In this document: piece by piece, positions 48,438 through 58,990 of the stretch | Layout of the letters: each line of letters opens with the position of its first letter | Position numbering within the stretch: the first letter of the stretch is position 1 | Assembly (NCBI GenBank): GCA_048571215.1 | Contig: CP182352.1 | Coordinates: forward strand, 2,336,001-2,400,000 | Source: Halarcobacter sp. | GTDB taxonomy: Bacteria; Campylobacterota; Campylobacteria; Campylobacterales; Arcobacteraceae | Length of the DNA stretch: 64,000 nt | Direction of reading: 5' to 3' | Made by a program: the position numbers and the translations under genes | The notes under the pieces: model-generated | Database searches by the model: none | Seen by the model: only the letters and a program-made list of their open reading frames with translations | What the model was told of the DNA's origin: nothing

Positions 48438-51164
48438 TTATTTTAGCACACTCTCACATCTTGAACATAAACTATCTTCACTAGTAGAAGTAAACTTCCA
48501 ACATCTTGGACATTTTGCTAGAGATGATTTATAAACTTCAAAGTTTTTACCATCTACTTCAAAAGATGCTAGTGGTGAATCCTCTTTTTTATCAGTAATA
48601 CTACTTACTAAAAATAAATCCTCACCCTCAGTATTATCTAATGACAAAATATCTTCACAATCTGTATAGATACTAAGTTCTAGAGTAGATTTTATTATTT
48701 TCTCTTTTTTAAGTGTATCTATTGATTCACTAAACTTTTCTTTAGCATTTAATAAGACTTGTTCATTAAGATTATTTTCAACTATAGGTAACTCAACTTT
48801 CTTATAATCAAATATATCATTAGCTCCATCTTTAATAAATAAAGGAGCATATTCTAACAACTCATCCATAGTATAAGTTAAAATACAAGCTAAAGTTGAA
48901 ATAAGTTTTTTAACTATTAAAGCCATTGCACTTTGTGAACTTCTTCTATGGATGTCATCTTTATTATCACAATATAATCTATCTTTACATACATCTAAAT
49001 AGATACCTGACAAATCTACAACTAAAAAGTTATTTAACTTATTTAATCCCTTAGAGAACTCATAAACAGCAAAAGCAGCCTCAATCTCATCAAATACTTT
49101 TTTAGCTTTATTTAATATCCATTTATCAAGTTGTCCCATCTTGTCAATATCAACAATTGCATCCAAATCATCTACATTTGCAAGTAAAAATCTTGCAGTG
49201 TTTCTTATTTTTCTATATAGTTCAGCATTTTGTTTTAAGATATTATCTGAGATTTTTAAATCACTTTGATAATCACTCATTGCAACCCAAAGTCTTAAAA
49301 TCTCACTTCCATATTGTTTCATAACTTTTTCAGGGGCAATTACATTACCCTTTGATTTACTCATCTTTTCACCCTTTTCATCAACAGTGAATCCATGAGT
49401 TAATATTGATTTATATGGAGAGATCTCTTGTGAAGCCAATGTTGTTAAAAGTGAAGACTGGAACCAACCTCTATGTTGGTCACTTCCTTCTAAATACATA
49501 TCAGCAGGGAACGTTCCCGCATCATAGTTTCTAGATCTTAAAACTGCATTTTGAGTAGAACCTGAATCAAACCATACATCTAAAATATCCATAGTTTTTT
49601 CTAAATCTTCTGGATTTAAACCACTTCCAGGATATAAAAGCTCTTCAATACTTAAGTCATACCAAGCATCACAACCTTTTTGTTCAAAAATCATAGCTGT
49701 ATAATTTAATACTTTTTCATCAAAGATTATCTCATCAGTTTTTTTATTTCTAAAAAATGCAATTGGAACACCCCAATCTCTTTGTCTTGATATACACCAA
49801 TCAGGTCTACCATCAAGCATTGATTTAAGTCTGTTTCTTCCCCATTCTGGATAAAACTTAATCTCGTTTACAACTTTAAGGGCATTCTCTCTTAGGGTTT
49901 TATTCTCTTTTCCATATTTATCATCAATTGAGATAAACCATTGTTTTGTTGCTCTAAAGATAATAGGTTTATGAGTTCTCCAACAATGTGGATATGAGTG
50001 TCTAATATCAACTCTACTTAATAGAGCATCCCCTAACTCTTCTAAAATCATCTCATTTGCTTTAAATACATGAACCCCAAGATATTTATCAGTATCTTTA
50101 AATAGTTTTTCTCTAACTATTGTTTGGTCATATTTACCCTCAGCATCAACAGGCATAATAACATCAAGGTTATATCTTAAACCTACTTTGTAGTCATCTT
50201 CACCATGACCAGGAGCTGTATGAACTGCACCTGAACCTGATTCCATCTCTACATGATCACCTAAAATAACTTTTGATTTTCTACCATTTAAAGGGTTTAT
50301 TGCAAAAGTATTTTCTAAATCATTAGGATTAAGAATTTCAACAATTGTTCCAGAGATTACTTCATTTTCTATAAGTGAGTTATACAGTTTTTTTGCAACA
50401 ATAAATTTATCACTTGTAAGAACATACTCCTCTTCACCATTTAAAGCAATACCAGTATTAGCGGGAAGTGTCCATGGTGTTGTAGTCCAGATAATTAAAC
50501 TTGCATCCATAGTTTCATGTTTAAATGCCACATATATAGATGGCGAAGTTTTATCTTCATATTCAACTTCTGCTTCAGCTAATGCTGTTTGTGCAGCCCA
50601 AGACCAATATACAGGTTTGCTTCTTTGTACTAGAAGTCCTTGATTTGCTATAGCACAAAGTTCTCTATAAATATTCGCTTCAAATTTAAAATCCATTGTT
50701 AAATAAGGTTTATCCCAATCCCCTATTACACCAAGTTTCTTAAACTCATCTCTTTGGATATCTATAAATCTACTTGCATGAGCTCTACATAACTCTCTAA
50801 TTTTTGATTTAGGAAGCTCTTTTTTCTTTGTACTACCTATTTTCTCTTCAACTTTTTGCTCAATTGGTAAACCATGACAATCCCAACCTGGAACATATCT
50901 AACTGATTTACCTTCAAAATAGTGATACTTAACAATTAAATCTTTCAATATTTTATTTAATGCGTGTCCAATATGAATATGTCCATTTGCATATGGTGGT
51001 CCATCATGCAATGTAAAAGAGGGTGCACCCTCTCTATTTGTTTTCATTCTTTCATAAACATTTATCTCATCCCAAAGCTTATATCTCTTTGGCTCATTTT
51101 GAGGAAGATTTCCTCTCATTGGAAATTTTGTATTTGGTAGTAATAAACTATCTTTGTAATCCAT
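48438..51164 (-). CDS. ileS: Isoleucine--tRNA ligase
   Basis: HDGPPYANG, HIGH, WDCHGLP, KMSKS, C-terminal CPRCW zinc finger. Confidence 0.98.
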   Translation of the reverse strand: MDYKDSLLLPNTKFPMRGNLPQNEPKRYKLWDEINVYERMKTNREGAPSFTLHDGPPYANGHIHIGHALNKILKDLIVKYHYFEGKSVRYVPGWDCHGLPIEQKVEEKIGSTKKKELPKSKIRELCRAHASRFIDIQRDEFKKLGVIGDWDKPYLTMDFKFEANIYRELCAIANQGLLVQRSKPVYWSWAAQTALAEAEVEYEDKTSPSIYVAFKHETMDASLIIWTTTPWTLPANTGIALNGEEEYVLTSDKFIVAKKLYNSLIENEVISGTIVEILNPNDLENTFAINPLNGRKSKVILGDHVEMESGSGAVHTAPGHGEDDYKVGLRYNLDVIMPVDAEGKYDQTIVREKLFKDTDKYLGVHVFKANEMILEELGDALLSRVDIRHSYPHCWRTHKPIIFRATKQWFISIDDKYGKENKTLRENALKVVNEIKFYPEWGRNRLKSMLDGRPDWCISRQRDWGVPIAFFRNKKTDEIIFDEKVLNYTAMIFEQKGCDAWYDLSIEELLYPGSGLNPEDLEKTMDILDVWFDSGSTQNAVLRSRNYDAGTFPADMYLEGSDQHRGWFQSSLLTTLASQEISPYKSILTHGFTVDEKGEKMSKSKGNVIAPEKVMKQYGSEILRLWVAMSDYQSDLKISDNILKQNAELYRKIRNTARFLLANVDDLDAIVDIDKMGQLDKWILNKAKKVFDEIEAAFAVYEFSKGLNKLNNFLVVDLSGIYLDVCKDRLYCDNKDDIHRRSSQSAMALIVKKLISTLACILTYTMDELLEYAPLFIKDGANDIFDYKKVELPIVENNLNEQVLLNAKEKFSESIDTLKKEKIIKSTLELSIYTDCEDILSLDNTEGEDLFLVSSITDKKEDSPLASFEVDGKNFEVYKSSLAKCPRCWKFTSTSEDSLCSRCESVLK

Positions 51165-51504
51165 ATTATATACCTTAAATTGTATGTATTGTAATTATCT
51201 GTAAATCGCAGATTATATCTAATATTATAATTAATTTAACTTAAGTGGAATTTTTAACATTTTTTTGATATTTTTGTACACTTATTGTACATTATACAAA
51301 ATTATAATCCTTTATACAAAAATAAGTGTTTCTTATGTACACAAATTGCACGCGTAGAATTTTGAACTTAAATCTATAAAGTGTTACCATTAAACATAAT
51401 TTTGACAAAGATTGAAAGGATTGAATAAATCTTTAAATAATCTTAACTTTTATATGGTAATATCTTACCTATAATTTAAAACTATAATACAGGAAAGTTA
51501 CAAT

Positions 51505-52857
51505 ATGGATACAAAACACTATGAAGTAGTAATTGTAGGTGGTGGTATTTCTGGTGCCGCACTTTTTTATGAATTAGCAAGATATACAGATGTAAAAAGC
51601 GTTTGTATGTTAGAAAAATATGAGAAATTAGCAACGCTAAACTCAAAAGGGACAAGTAACTCACAAACAATTCATGTTGGTGATATTGAGACTAACTATA
51701 CATTAGATAAAGCAAAAATCACTAAAAGAACTGCAAAAATGATTGAGAAGTTCTGTTTACAATATGGTTTAGAAAATAAAATTATGTTTGCTCACCAAAA
51801 AATGGCTTTAGGTGTTGGTGAGAAAGAGGTTGAGTTTATTAAAAATAGATATAACGAATTTAAAGAACTTTTCCCTTATTTGGAGTTATGGGACAAAGAA
51901 ACTTTAAGAGAGTTAGAACCAAAACTTGTTTATGCTGATAAAGAACAAACAAAAGATAGACCAGAGCCAATTATAGCTATGGGTGCAAAAAATGAGTACA
52001 CAACTGTTGATTATGGTGCTATGACTGAAGAGTTAGCAAAAGCAGCACAAGCACAAGAAGATGTAAAAACTGATATTTTTTATAACGCAGAAGTTGAAGA
52101 GATTGAAAAAGTTGGTGAAAAATTTAAATTAACTACTACAAGTGGTTCAGTATTTACAGCAGATTTTGTTGTAGTTAATGCAGGAGCACACTCATTATAC
52201 TTAGCACATAAAATGGGTTATGGTAAACATATGGGTTCACTTTCTGTTGCAGGAAGTTTTTATATCACCCCTGGTAAATTTTTAAATGGTAAAGTATATA
52301 TGGTACAAAACCCAAAACTTCCATTTGCAGCACTTCATGGAGATCCAGATATTTTATGTGATGGAAAAACTAGATTTGGTCCAACTGCACTTGCACTTGC
52401 AGTTTTAGAAAGATATAAAGGTGGTAAATCATTTTTCCAATGTCTTAAAACAATGAACATAGATGGGAACATTATAAAAATTCTTTGGGATCTAATTAAA
52501 GACCATGAGATTAGAAACTATATCTTGAAAAACTTCTTATTTGAAGTTCCAGGTATCAATAAAGGTTTATTTGTAAAAGATGCTCAAAAAATCGTACCAT
52601 CATTAAGTACAGATGATATTGAATATGCACATGAGTTTGGTGGAGTTAGACCACAAGTACTTAACAAAGAGGAACAAAAACTTATGCTTGGTGAAGCTTC
52701 AATAAATACAGGTAATGGAATCTTATTTAATATGACTCCAAGCCCAGGTGCTACATCATGTTTAGGTAATGCTGAAAGAGATATTAAAATCCTTGCAGAA
52801 TATCTAAATCTAAAATTTGATGAAGAAAAATTCCTAGACGAATTAACAGAAAGATAA
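51505..52857 (+). CDS. mqo: Malate:quinone oxidoreductase (Campylobacterota type)
   Basis: GGGISG, NSQTIHVGDIETNY, PFAALHGDP, GGVRPQ, TPSPGATSCL. Confidence 0.85.
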   Translation: MDTKHYEVVIVGGGISGAALFYELARYTDVKSVCMLEKYEKLATLNSKGTSNSQTIHVGDIETNYTLDKAKITKRTAKMIEKFCLQYGLENKIMFAHQKMALGVGEKEVEFIKNRYNEFKELFPYLELWDKETLRELEPKLVYADKEQTKDRPEPIIAMGAKNEYTTVDYGAMTEELAKAAQAQEDVKTDIFYNAEVEEIEKVGEKFKLTTTSGSVFTADFVVVNAGAHSLYLAHKMGYGKHMGSLSVAGSFYITPGKFLNGKVYMVQNPKLPFAALHGDPDILCDGKTRFGPTALALAVLERYKGGKSFFQCLKTMNIDGNIIKILWDLIKDHEIRNYILKNFLFEVPGINKGLFVKDAQKIVPSLSTDDIEYAHEFGGVRPQVLNKEEQKLMLGEASINTGNGILFNMTPSPGATSCLGNAERDIKILAEYLNLKFDEEKFLDELTER

Positions 52858-52900
52858 TATATGTATGGGAAACTAAACCCATACGTAAAAAAGTTTTAAT

Positions 52901-53410
52901 ATGTATAATGAAGTTTTTTCTATAGAAGATATGCAAACTCTTCAAAACCTATTAAGAATACATAATAAGACTATAACAACAGCAGAGAGTTGCACAGGTG
53001 GATTAATCGCCTCAATGATTACACAACTCTCTGGCTCATCAGATATTTTTAATGGTGCTATAGTAACTTACTCAAATGAGATTAAACATCAAGAGTTAAA
53101 TGTAAAACTACAAACACTAGAAAAGTATGGTGCAGTAAGTACTCAAGTTGTAGATGAGATGCTTCAAGGTGTAATCAAAAAGTTTAATGCCAATTTTGCA
53201 ATTGCTGTTAGTGGAATAGCAGGTCCATCTGGGGGAACAAAAACTAAACCAGTTGGTACAGTTGTAATTGGAGTATTTGGTCAAGATATTGGGAAAGATA
53301 TTGAAGTTTTTTACTTCAAAGGGGATAGAAAAGAGGTGCAAAATCAAGCCTCTAAATACTCTTTAAAAAAACTTTTGAATTTTTTTCAAAAAACCCTTGA
53401 CAAAAAATAA
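52901..53410 (+). CDS. cinA: CinA C-terminal / PncC NMN deamidase
   Basis: AESCTGG, GSS, GAVS, SGIAGP, KPVGTV. Confidence 0.9.
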   Translation: MYNEVFSIEDMQTLQNLLRIHNKTITTAESCTGGLIASMITQLSGSSDIFNGAIVTYSNEIKHQELNVKLQTLEKYGAVSTQVVDEMLQGVIKKFNANFAIAVSGIAGPSGGTKTKPVGTVVIGVFGQDIGKDIEVFYFKGDRKEVQNQASKYSLKKLLNFFQKTLDKK

Positions 53411-53425
53411 ATAAATGAGTATAAT
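53397..53425 (+). promoter_or_regulatory. Consensus sigma70 promoter of the tRNA operon
   Basis: TTGACA (53397-53402), 17-bp spacer, TATAAT (53420-53425). Confidence 0.85.
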
Positions 53426-53446
53426 TCCACTCCATTTTGAAAAGAA

Positions 53447-53522
53447 GACCCGTTAGCTCAGCTGGTAGAGCATCTCCCTTTTAAGGAGGTGGCCGATGGT
53501 TCGAATCCATCACGGGTCACCA
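53447..53522 (+). tRNA. tRNA-Lys (UUU)
   Basis: Cloverleaf, anticodon loop CTTTTAA, CCA end. Confidence 0.95.
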
Positions 53523-53577
53523 GTTATATAAATTTTATATTTTATAAGTTTATATTTTTTATTTTATTATTTAGTTT

Positions 53578-53652
53578 GGCCCCTTCATCTAGCGGTTAGG
53601 ATTCATGGTTTTCATCCATGCCACAGGAGTTCAAGTCTCCTAGGGGTCACCA
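53578..53652 (+). tRNA. tRNA-Glu (UUC)
   Basis: catgg-ttttcat-ccatg anticodon arm, CCA end. Confidence 0.95.
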
Positions 53653-53661
53653 AACTATTTA

Positions 53662-53737
53662 GGTCGATTAGCTCAGTTGGTAGAGCGCTACCCTTACAAG
53701 GTAGATGTCATAAGTTCGAGTCTTATATCGACCACCA
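53662..53737 (+). tRNA. tRNA-Val (UAC)
   Basis: ctacc-cttacaa-ggtag anticodon arm, CCA end. Confidence 0.95.
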
Positions 53738-53775
53738 TTAATACTTTGACAAGTATTTCTTATTATAATAAATGT

Positions 53776-53852
53776 GCGGTTGTAGTTTAGTTGGTTAGAA
53801 TGCCTGCCTGTCACGCAGGAGGTCGCGAGTTCGAGTCTCGTCAACCGCGCCA
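53776..53852 (+). tRNA. tRNA-Asp (GUC)
   Basis: cctgc-ctgtcac-gcagg anticodon arm, CCA end. Confidence 0.95.
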
Positions 53853-53872
53853 CTTTATTGTATTTTATTGTT

Positions 53873-53948
53873 GACCCGTTAGCTCAGCTGGTAGAGCATC
53901 TCCCTTTTAAGGAGGTGGCCGATGGTTCGAATCCATCACGGGTCACCA
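53873..53948 (+). tRNA. tRNA-Lys (UUU), second copy
   Basis: Same sequence as 53447-53522. Confidence 0.95.
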
Positions 53949-53995
53949 GTTACATAAGTTTAACTCAATGTAAAATTTATAATATATATTAGTTT

Positions 53996-54070
53996 GGCCC
54001 CTTCATCTAGCGGTTAGGATTCATGGTTTTCATCCATGCCACAGGAGTTCAAGTCTCCTAGGGGTCACCA
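53996..54070 (+). tRNA. tRNA-Glu (UUC), second copy
   Basis: Same sequence as 53578-53652. Confidence 0.95.
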
Positions 54071-54079
54071 AACTATTTA

Positions 54080-54155
54080 GGTCGATTAGCTCAGTTGGTA
54101 GAGCGCTACCCTTACAAGGTAGATGTCATAAGTTCGAGTCTTATATCGACCACCA
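54080..54155 (+). tRNA. tRNA-Val (UAC), second copy
   Basis: Same sequence as 53662-53737. Confidence 0.95.
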
Positions 54156-54192
54156 TTAATACTTTGACAAGTATTTCTTACAAAATAAATGT

Positions 54193-54269
54193 GCGGTTGT
54201 AGTTTAGTTGGTTAGAATGCCTGCCTGTCACGCAGGAGGTCGCGAGTTCGAGTCTCGTCAACCGCGCCA
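54193..54269 (+). tRNA. tRNA-Asp (GUC), second copy
   Basis: Same sequence as 53776-53852. Confidence 0.95.
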
Positions 54270-54345
54270 CTTTATTTTTCTTATTTTCATAAACCTTTTA
54301 TCAAAATTAAGTTATTCTTACTCTCATTTTTCTTAAGGTAACAAT

Positions 54346-55929
54346 ATGATTAAAGCTAAATCCCTATATCACTTGATTTTATATAGTATCTTTTTTATTA
54401 TAATATTAACTTCATCATTTACATTTATAATTATTGAAAACACCTTTGATGAGTTTCAAGAAAAAATTAAAATCATAAAAACTGACTATTCAAATAAACA
54501 AAAAGAATTAATAAAAGCAGATATAGAAAAAACCCTTAAATTTATAAGCTATTATCATAAAAAATTTAAAGGGATAAAAAGTGAAAAAGAGATACAAAAT
54601 GATCTTATAAACTCTATTGAACTTATGAGAGATAAAAAAGATTTAAATGATTATCTGTTTATATATGATTTTGATGGTACCTTACTTTATTATCCAGTTG
54701 AAACTAAAAATATTGGTAAAAACTTATACGAGGTTACAGACCCGTCTGGGAAACAAGTTATTAAAGAATTGATTAATATCTCCAAAAAAAAAGGTGGTGG
54801 ATATGTTCAATATATCTGGTATAAACCTCAATTAAAAAAAGATGCCCTTAAAATCTCTTATGCCCTATCCTATAAACCTTGGAACTGGACAATTGGTAGA
54901 GGAATATATTTAGATGAGATTGACCAAGTAGTGCGTGCCAAAAAAGATGAATATGATGAAAAGATATCTAACTATATACTACAAATACTTTCACTAACAA
55001 TTATGTTAGTTCTATATTCAATCTTTATATATAAAAATGCAACAATATTAATCGTAAATGATGTTAAAGAGATTGGTGCATATTTTAAAGAAACACAAAA
55101 AAGTGATACAAGGATCAATCAAAATAGACTTATATTTGGTGAGTTTAAAATTATTGCTAATTATGCCTATGATGCTATGCATAATATAAAAGACAAGACT
55201 TTAATGCTTGAAGGCTTAAATAAACACCTTGAAGATAAGGTTGAAGAGCAAACAAAAGAATTAAAAATCCTAATTGATTCACAAAAAAAGTTTATCAAAA
55301 ACTCAGTACATGAAGTTAACACCCCTTTATCAATAATTAGAACAAATATAGATTTACTTAAAATGAATACTCCAACTAATAAATATATCTCAAATATAGA
55401 AAGTGGTGCAAAAATTATTCAATATATATATGATGACTTATCTTATTTAATAAAAAAAGACAGAGTTGATTATCCAAAAGAATATATAAACTTTACAGAA
55501 TATTTAAATGAAAGAATATCTTTCTTTTATGGGATAGCTGTTTCAAATAAATTACATTTTATTGCTAATATCGAAGAAGATATATATATCAAGTTTAATA
55601 GAACTGAACTACAAAGAATAGTAGATAATAATATATCAAATGCAATCAAATATGCACATATAAACTCTCCTATATATTTAAGACTTACCTATTTCAATGA
55701 TGACTATGTTGAGTTTAGTGTAAAAACAAACTCAGATAAAATACAAAGTCCAGAAAAAATATTTGGAGATTTTTATAGGGAAAATAACTCTAGAGGAGGC
55801 TTTGGCTTGGGACTTAAAATAGTAAAAGAGATTTGTGATAAAAATTTTGTTATAATTAAGCTTGACTCAAATGAAAAAGATACAAAATTCACTTATAGGT
55901 TTAAATTAAATGAAAATACTGCTTCTTGA
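54346..55929 (+). CDS. Cache-domain sensor histidine kinase
   Basis: YLFIYD...GGGYVQYIWYKP...KISY...WNWTIGRGIY (Cache_2-like), HEVNTPL, NAIKY, GFGLGL. Confidence 0.9.
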   Translation: MIKAKSLYHLILYSIFFIIILTSSFTFIIIENTFDEFQEKIKIIKTDYSNKQKELIKADIEKTLKFISYYHKKFKGIKSEKEIQNDLINSIELMRDKKDLNDYLFIYDFDGTLLYYPVETKNIGKNLYEVTDPSGKQVIKELINISKKKGGGYVQYIWYKPQLKKDALKISYALSYKPWNWTIGRGIYLDEIDQVVRAKKDEYDEKISNYILQILSLTIMLVLYSIFIYKNATILIVNDVKEIGAYFKETQKSDTRINQNRLIFGEFKIIANYAYDAMHNIKDKTLMLEGLNKHLEDKVEEQTKELKILIDSQKKFIKNSVHEVNTPLSIIRTNIDLLKMNTPTNKYISNIESGAKIIQYIYDDLSYLIKKDRVDYPKEYINFTEYLNERISFFYGIAVSNKLHFIANIEEDIYIKFNRTELQRIVDNNISNAIKYAHINSPIYLRLTYFNDDYVEFSVKTNSDKIQSPEKIFGDFYRENNSRGGFGLGLKIVKEICDKNFVIIKLDSNEKDTKFTYRFKLNENTAS

Positions 55930-56572
55930 AGATGAATTAATGCTAAATAGTGCCATTACTGAATATTTAAAAGGTATTGGTCATATGGTTCTAAGTTTTA
56001 CTGATGGTGAACAGGTTCTAGAAAGTGTAGATGGAAGTTTTGATTTACTAATTTTAGATATTAATGTTCCAAAAAAAGATGGTTTTGAGATTTTAGAAGA
56101 CTTAAATAAGAAAAAGATGTATATACCAACTATATATATCTCAGCGCTAATTGATATAGAAGATATAACAAAAGCGTATGATTTAGGTTGTAGAGAGTAT
56201 ATTAAGAAACCATTCCATTTAGAAGAGTTAGGTATTAAGATAAACCAAATTCTTAAAAAAGACCAAAATAATACTTCACATATGAGATTTTCAGAAAACT
56301 ACTCATATTCTAAAGATAAGCAAACACTATATTTCAATGGTGAACCACAAACTTTAACAAAAAAACAACTAGAGATTATTCATATATTAGCTTTAAATAT
56401 TAATATGATAGTTGACTTTGAAAGATTTAGAATTGACATCTGGAGAGGTGAAGATATAGACAATCCAACTATTAGAGCTGAAATTTCAAGACTAAAAAAA
56501 GCACTAAAAGAGGATTTTATTAAAAATATTAGAGGTCTAGGGTATAAAATTGACAGATTTTATTCTGTTTAA
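55910..56572 (+). CDS. OmpR-family response regulator
   Basis: REC domain plus winged helix (ISRLKK, NIRGLGY). Confidence 0.92.
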   Translation: MKILLLEDELMLNSAITEYLKGIGHMVLSFTDGEQVLESVDGSFDLLILDINVPKKDGFEILEDLNKKKMYIPTIYISALIDIEDITKAYDLGCREYIKKPFHLEELGIKINQILKKDQNNTSHMRFSENYSYSKDKQTLYFNGEPQTLTKKQLEIIHILALNINMIVDFERFRIDIWRGEDIDNPTIRAEISRLKKALKEDFIKNIRGLGYKIDRFYSV

Positions 56573-56656
56573 TCCCTACCCATCAATTCGAGCCTACTAG
56601 CATTATTTGCTACGCTAATCCTACTCTTTTAAAAAACTTTAAAAAAAAAAAATTAA

Positions 56657-56690
56657 TTGCTATCCTTTTGCTATCTACACTTATTATACT
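56657..56690 (+). promoter_or_regulatory. TTGCTAT-N4-TTGCTAT tandem repeat plus candidate -10 (TATACT)
   Basis: ttgctat-cctt-ttgctat at 56657-56674; tatact at 56685-56690. Confidence 0.6.
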
Positions 56691-56751
56691 TTCAATGTTG
56701 AATTACTAAGTAGATTATCTATTTTAGTAAAACTTAAAAAGGAGTACGATT

Positions 56752-57006
56752 ATGAGTCCAGAAAAAGCTCAAGCTTATTGGAAAGAGAACATCGCAACTA
56801 TATTAAAACTATTAGTTGTGTGGTTTATAGTTTCATTTGGTTGTGGAATTTTATTCATAAATGAACTAAACAACATTGAAATCAGTGGTGTTAAGTTAGG
56901 ATTTTGGTTTGCACAACAAGGTGCAATTTATGTATTCGTTTTACTAATTTTTGTATATGTGGCAAAAATGGGTGCTATTGACGAAAAATATGGCGTACAC
57001 GAGTAG
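56752..57006 (+). CDS. DUF4212 small membrane subunit of a solute symporter
   Basis: YWKEN, LGFWFAQQGAI. Confidence 0.9.
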   Translation: MSPEKAQAYWKENIATILKLLVVWFIVSFGCGILFINELNNIEISGVKLGFWFAQQGAIYVFVLLIFVYVAKMGAIDEKYGVHE

Positions 57007-57018
57007 GAGAAACAGAGT

Positions 57019-58896
57019 ATGGAATTACAATCATTAATTTACCTATTCGTAGGTGTGTCTTTCGCGATTTACATTGGTATTGCATTATGGGCAAAAGCAG
57101 GATCTACTAAAGATTTCTATGTTGCAGGTGGTGGAGTTCATCCAGTTGCTAACGGTATGGCTACAGCAGCAGACTGGATGTCAGCGGCATCTTTTATCTC
57201 ATTAGCAGGTATCATCTCTTTCAAAGGTTCTGATGGTGGTGCATATTTAATGGGTTGGACAGGTGGATATGTTCTACTTGCAATGTTATTGGCTCCTTAT
57301 TTAAGAAAATTTGGAAAATTTACAGTACCTGATTTCGTTGGTGACAGATATTATTCTGATGCGGCAAGACTTGTTGCTGTTATTGGTGTTATTTTTGTTT
57401 CATTTACATATGTTGCAGGACAAATGAGAGGTGTTGGTATCGTATTCTCAAGATTCTTACAAGTTGATGTAAATACTGGTGTTATTATTGGTATGGCAAT
57501 TGTATTTTTCTACTCTGTACTTGGTGGTATGAAAGGTATTACATATACTCAAGTTGCACAATATGTTGTAATGATTTTTGCTTATATGATTCCAGCGATT
57601 TTCTTATCATTACAAGTAACTGATACATTTTTACCACAATTAGGTATCTTCTCAACTACTACATTTGCATTTGATGATGGGGTAAAAGTTATTCCTGAAG
57701 GAACCTTTTTACTACATGCACTTGATACTGCCGTTACTGACTTAGGTTTTAAAGCATATACTGAGCCAGGTAACTTATGGAATATGTTTATGTTAACTAC
57801 AGCATTAATGCTTGGTACTGCAGGTTTACCACATGTAATTGTTAGATTCTTTACAGTTCCTACTGTAAAAGATGCTAGAAGTTCTGCTGGTTGGGCATTA
57901 GTATTTATTGCAATTATGTATACAACTATCTCTTCAGTTGCTGCATTCTCAAGAGTTAACTTAATTAAAAATGTTCAAAATGTTGAGTATAAAGCGTTTG
58001 TTGCTGGTGAAACTAAACATGCTGATGGAACACCAAACAGCGGTAAATGGTTCAAAACTTGGGAACAAGGTGGACTAATAGCTTGGACAGATAGAAATGG
58101 TGATGGTAAAATTCAATATGGACCTGGTGCTGCATTTGAAGGACCAAAAGGTAAACCTGTATTTGATGGAACTAATACTGGTGAATATGGTCAAAGAGCT
58201 ACTACAAATGGTAAACCAGCTGCTAATAGCGGTAAAATTGAAAATGAGTTATATGTTGATAGAGATATTATGGTTCTTGCGAACCCTGAAATTGCAAACT
58301 TACCTAACTGGGTAATCGCATTTATTGCAGCTGGGGGTCTAGCAGCAGCATTATCAACTGCAGCTGGTCTATTACTTGTAATTGCTTCAGCTATTTCACA
58401 TGACTTAATGGGTCAAGTTGTATTTAAAGATAAAGAAACTGGGAAATCTACATTAAACGAAAAAACTGAGTTAATGTGGGCAAGAGTTTCAGCTATCGTT
58501 GCAATTTGTATAGCTGGTTACTTAGGGATTCACCCTCCAGGTTTTGTTGCACAAGTTGTTGCCTTTGCATTTGGTCTTGCAGCAGCAGCATTCTTCCCTA
58601 CAATTATCCTTGGGGTATTTGATAAGAGAATGAATAAAGAGGGTGCTATTGCTGGTATCTTAACTGGTCTTATCTTTACATTCGGATACATTATATACTT
58701 TGTATTCATGGGTGGAGACAAAGCGGATTATTTCTTAGGAATCGCTCCTACTGGTATTGGGACAATCGGAACAATTTTACACCTAATCGTGGCATTAGTT
58801 GTATCTAGAATGACTCCTGAACCACCTATTGAAATTCAAGAGTTAGTTGAGTCTATCAGACTTCCTAACAATGTTGGTGCAGCACACGATCACTAA
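57019..58896 (+). CDS. Sodium:solute symporter (VC_2705-like, probable monocarboxylate permease)
   Basis: [25 protein letters not shown]-hand-like DRNGDGKIQY loop. Confidence 0.9.
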   Translation: MELQSLIYLFVGVSFAIYIGIALWAKAGSTKDFYVAGGGVHPVANGMATAADWMSAASFISLAGIISFKGSDGGAYLMGWTGGYVLLAMLLAPYLRKFGKFTVPDFVGDRYYSDAARLVAVIGVIFVSFTYVAGQMRGVGIVFSRFLQVDVNTGVIIGMAIVFFYSVLGGMKGITYTQVAQYVVMIFAYMIPAIFLSLQVTDTFLPQLGIFSTTTFAFDDGVKVIPEGTFLLHALDTAVTDLGFKAYTEPGNLWNMFMLTTALMLGTAGLPHVIVRFFTVPTVKDARSSAGWALVFIAIMYTTISSVAAFSRVNLIKNVQNVEYKAFVAGETKHADGTPNSGKWFKTWEQGGLIAWTDRNGDGKIQYGPGAAFEGPKGKPVFDGTNTGEYGQRATTNGKPAANSGKIENELYVDRDIMVLANPEIANLPNWVIAFIAAGGLAAALSTAAGLLLVIASAISHDLMGQVVFKDKETGKSTLNEKTELMWARVSAIVAICIAGYLGIHPPGFVAQVVAFAFGLAAAAFFPTIILGVFDKRMNKEGAIAGILTGLIFTFGYIIYFVFMGGDKADYFLGIAPTGIGTIGTILHLIVALVVSRMTPEPPIEIQELVESIRLPNNVGAAHDH

Positions 58897-58903
58897 CAAA
58901 ACT

Positions 58904-58931
58904 AAAGTCAACCTTCGGGTTGGCTTTTTTT
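58904..58931 (+). terminator. Rho-independent terminator
   Basis: aaagtcaacc-ttcg-ggttggcttt followed by a T-tract. Confidence 0.85.
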
Positions 58932-58990
58932 ATGCTATTTTTTTATATTATTAGACTTAATATAAAAAAATATCATAAAGGATTTTCTTA

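Noticed and set aside
52860..52887. Hairpin after mqo as an ncRNA
   Set aside because: Simple 10-bp stem right after the stop codon, adequately explained as a terminator or stabiliser.
53746..53769. TTGACA...TATAAT between tRNA-Val and tRNA-Asp
   Set aside because: Spacer is only 12 bp and TATAAT is absent in the second copy; more likely a spacer hairpin.
53668..53853. 61-aa minus-strand ORF
   Set aside because: Antisense to tRNA-Val and tRNA-Asp.
56641..56652. A12 tract as a phase-variation site
   Set aside because: Intergenic A runs are common in this AT-rich sequence; nothing here shows length variation.
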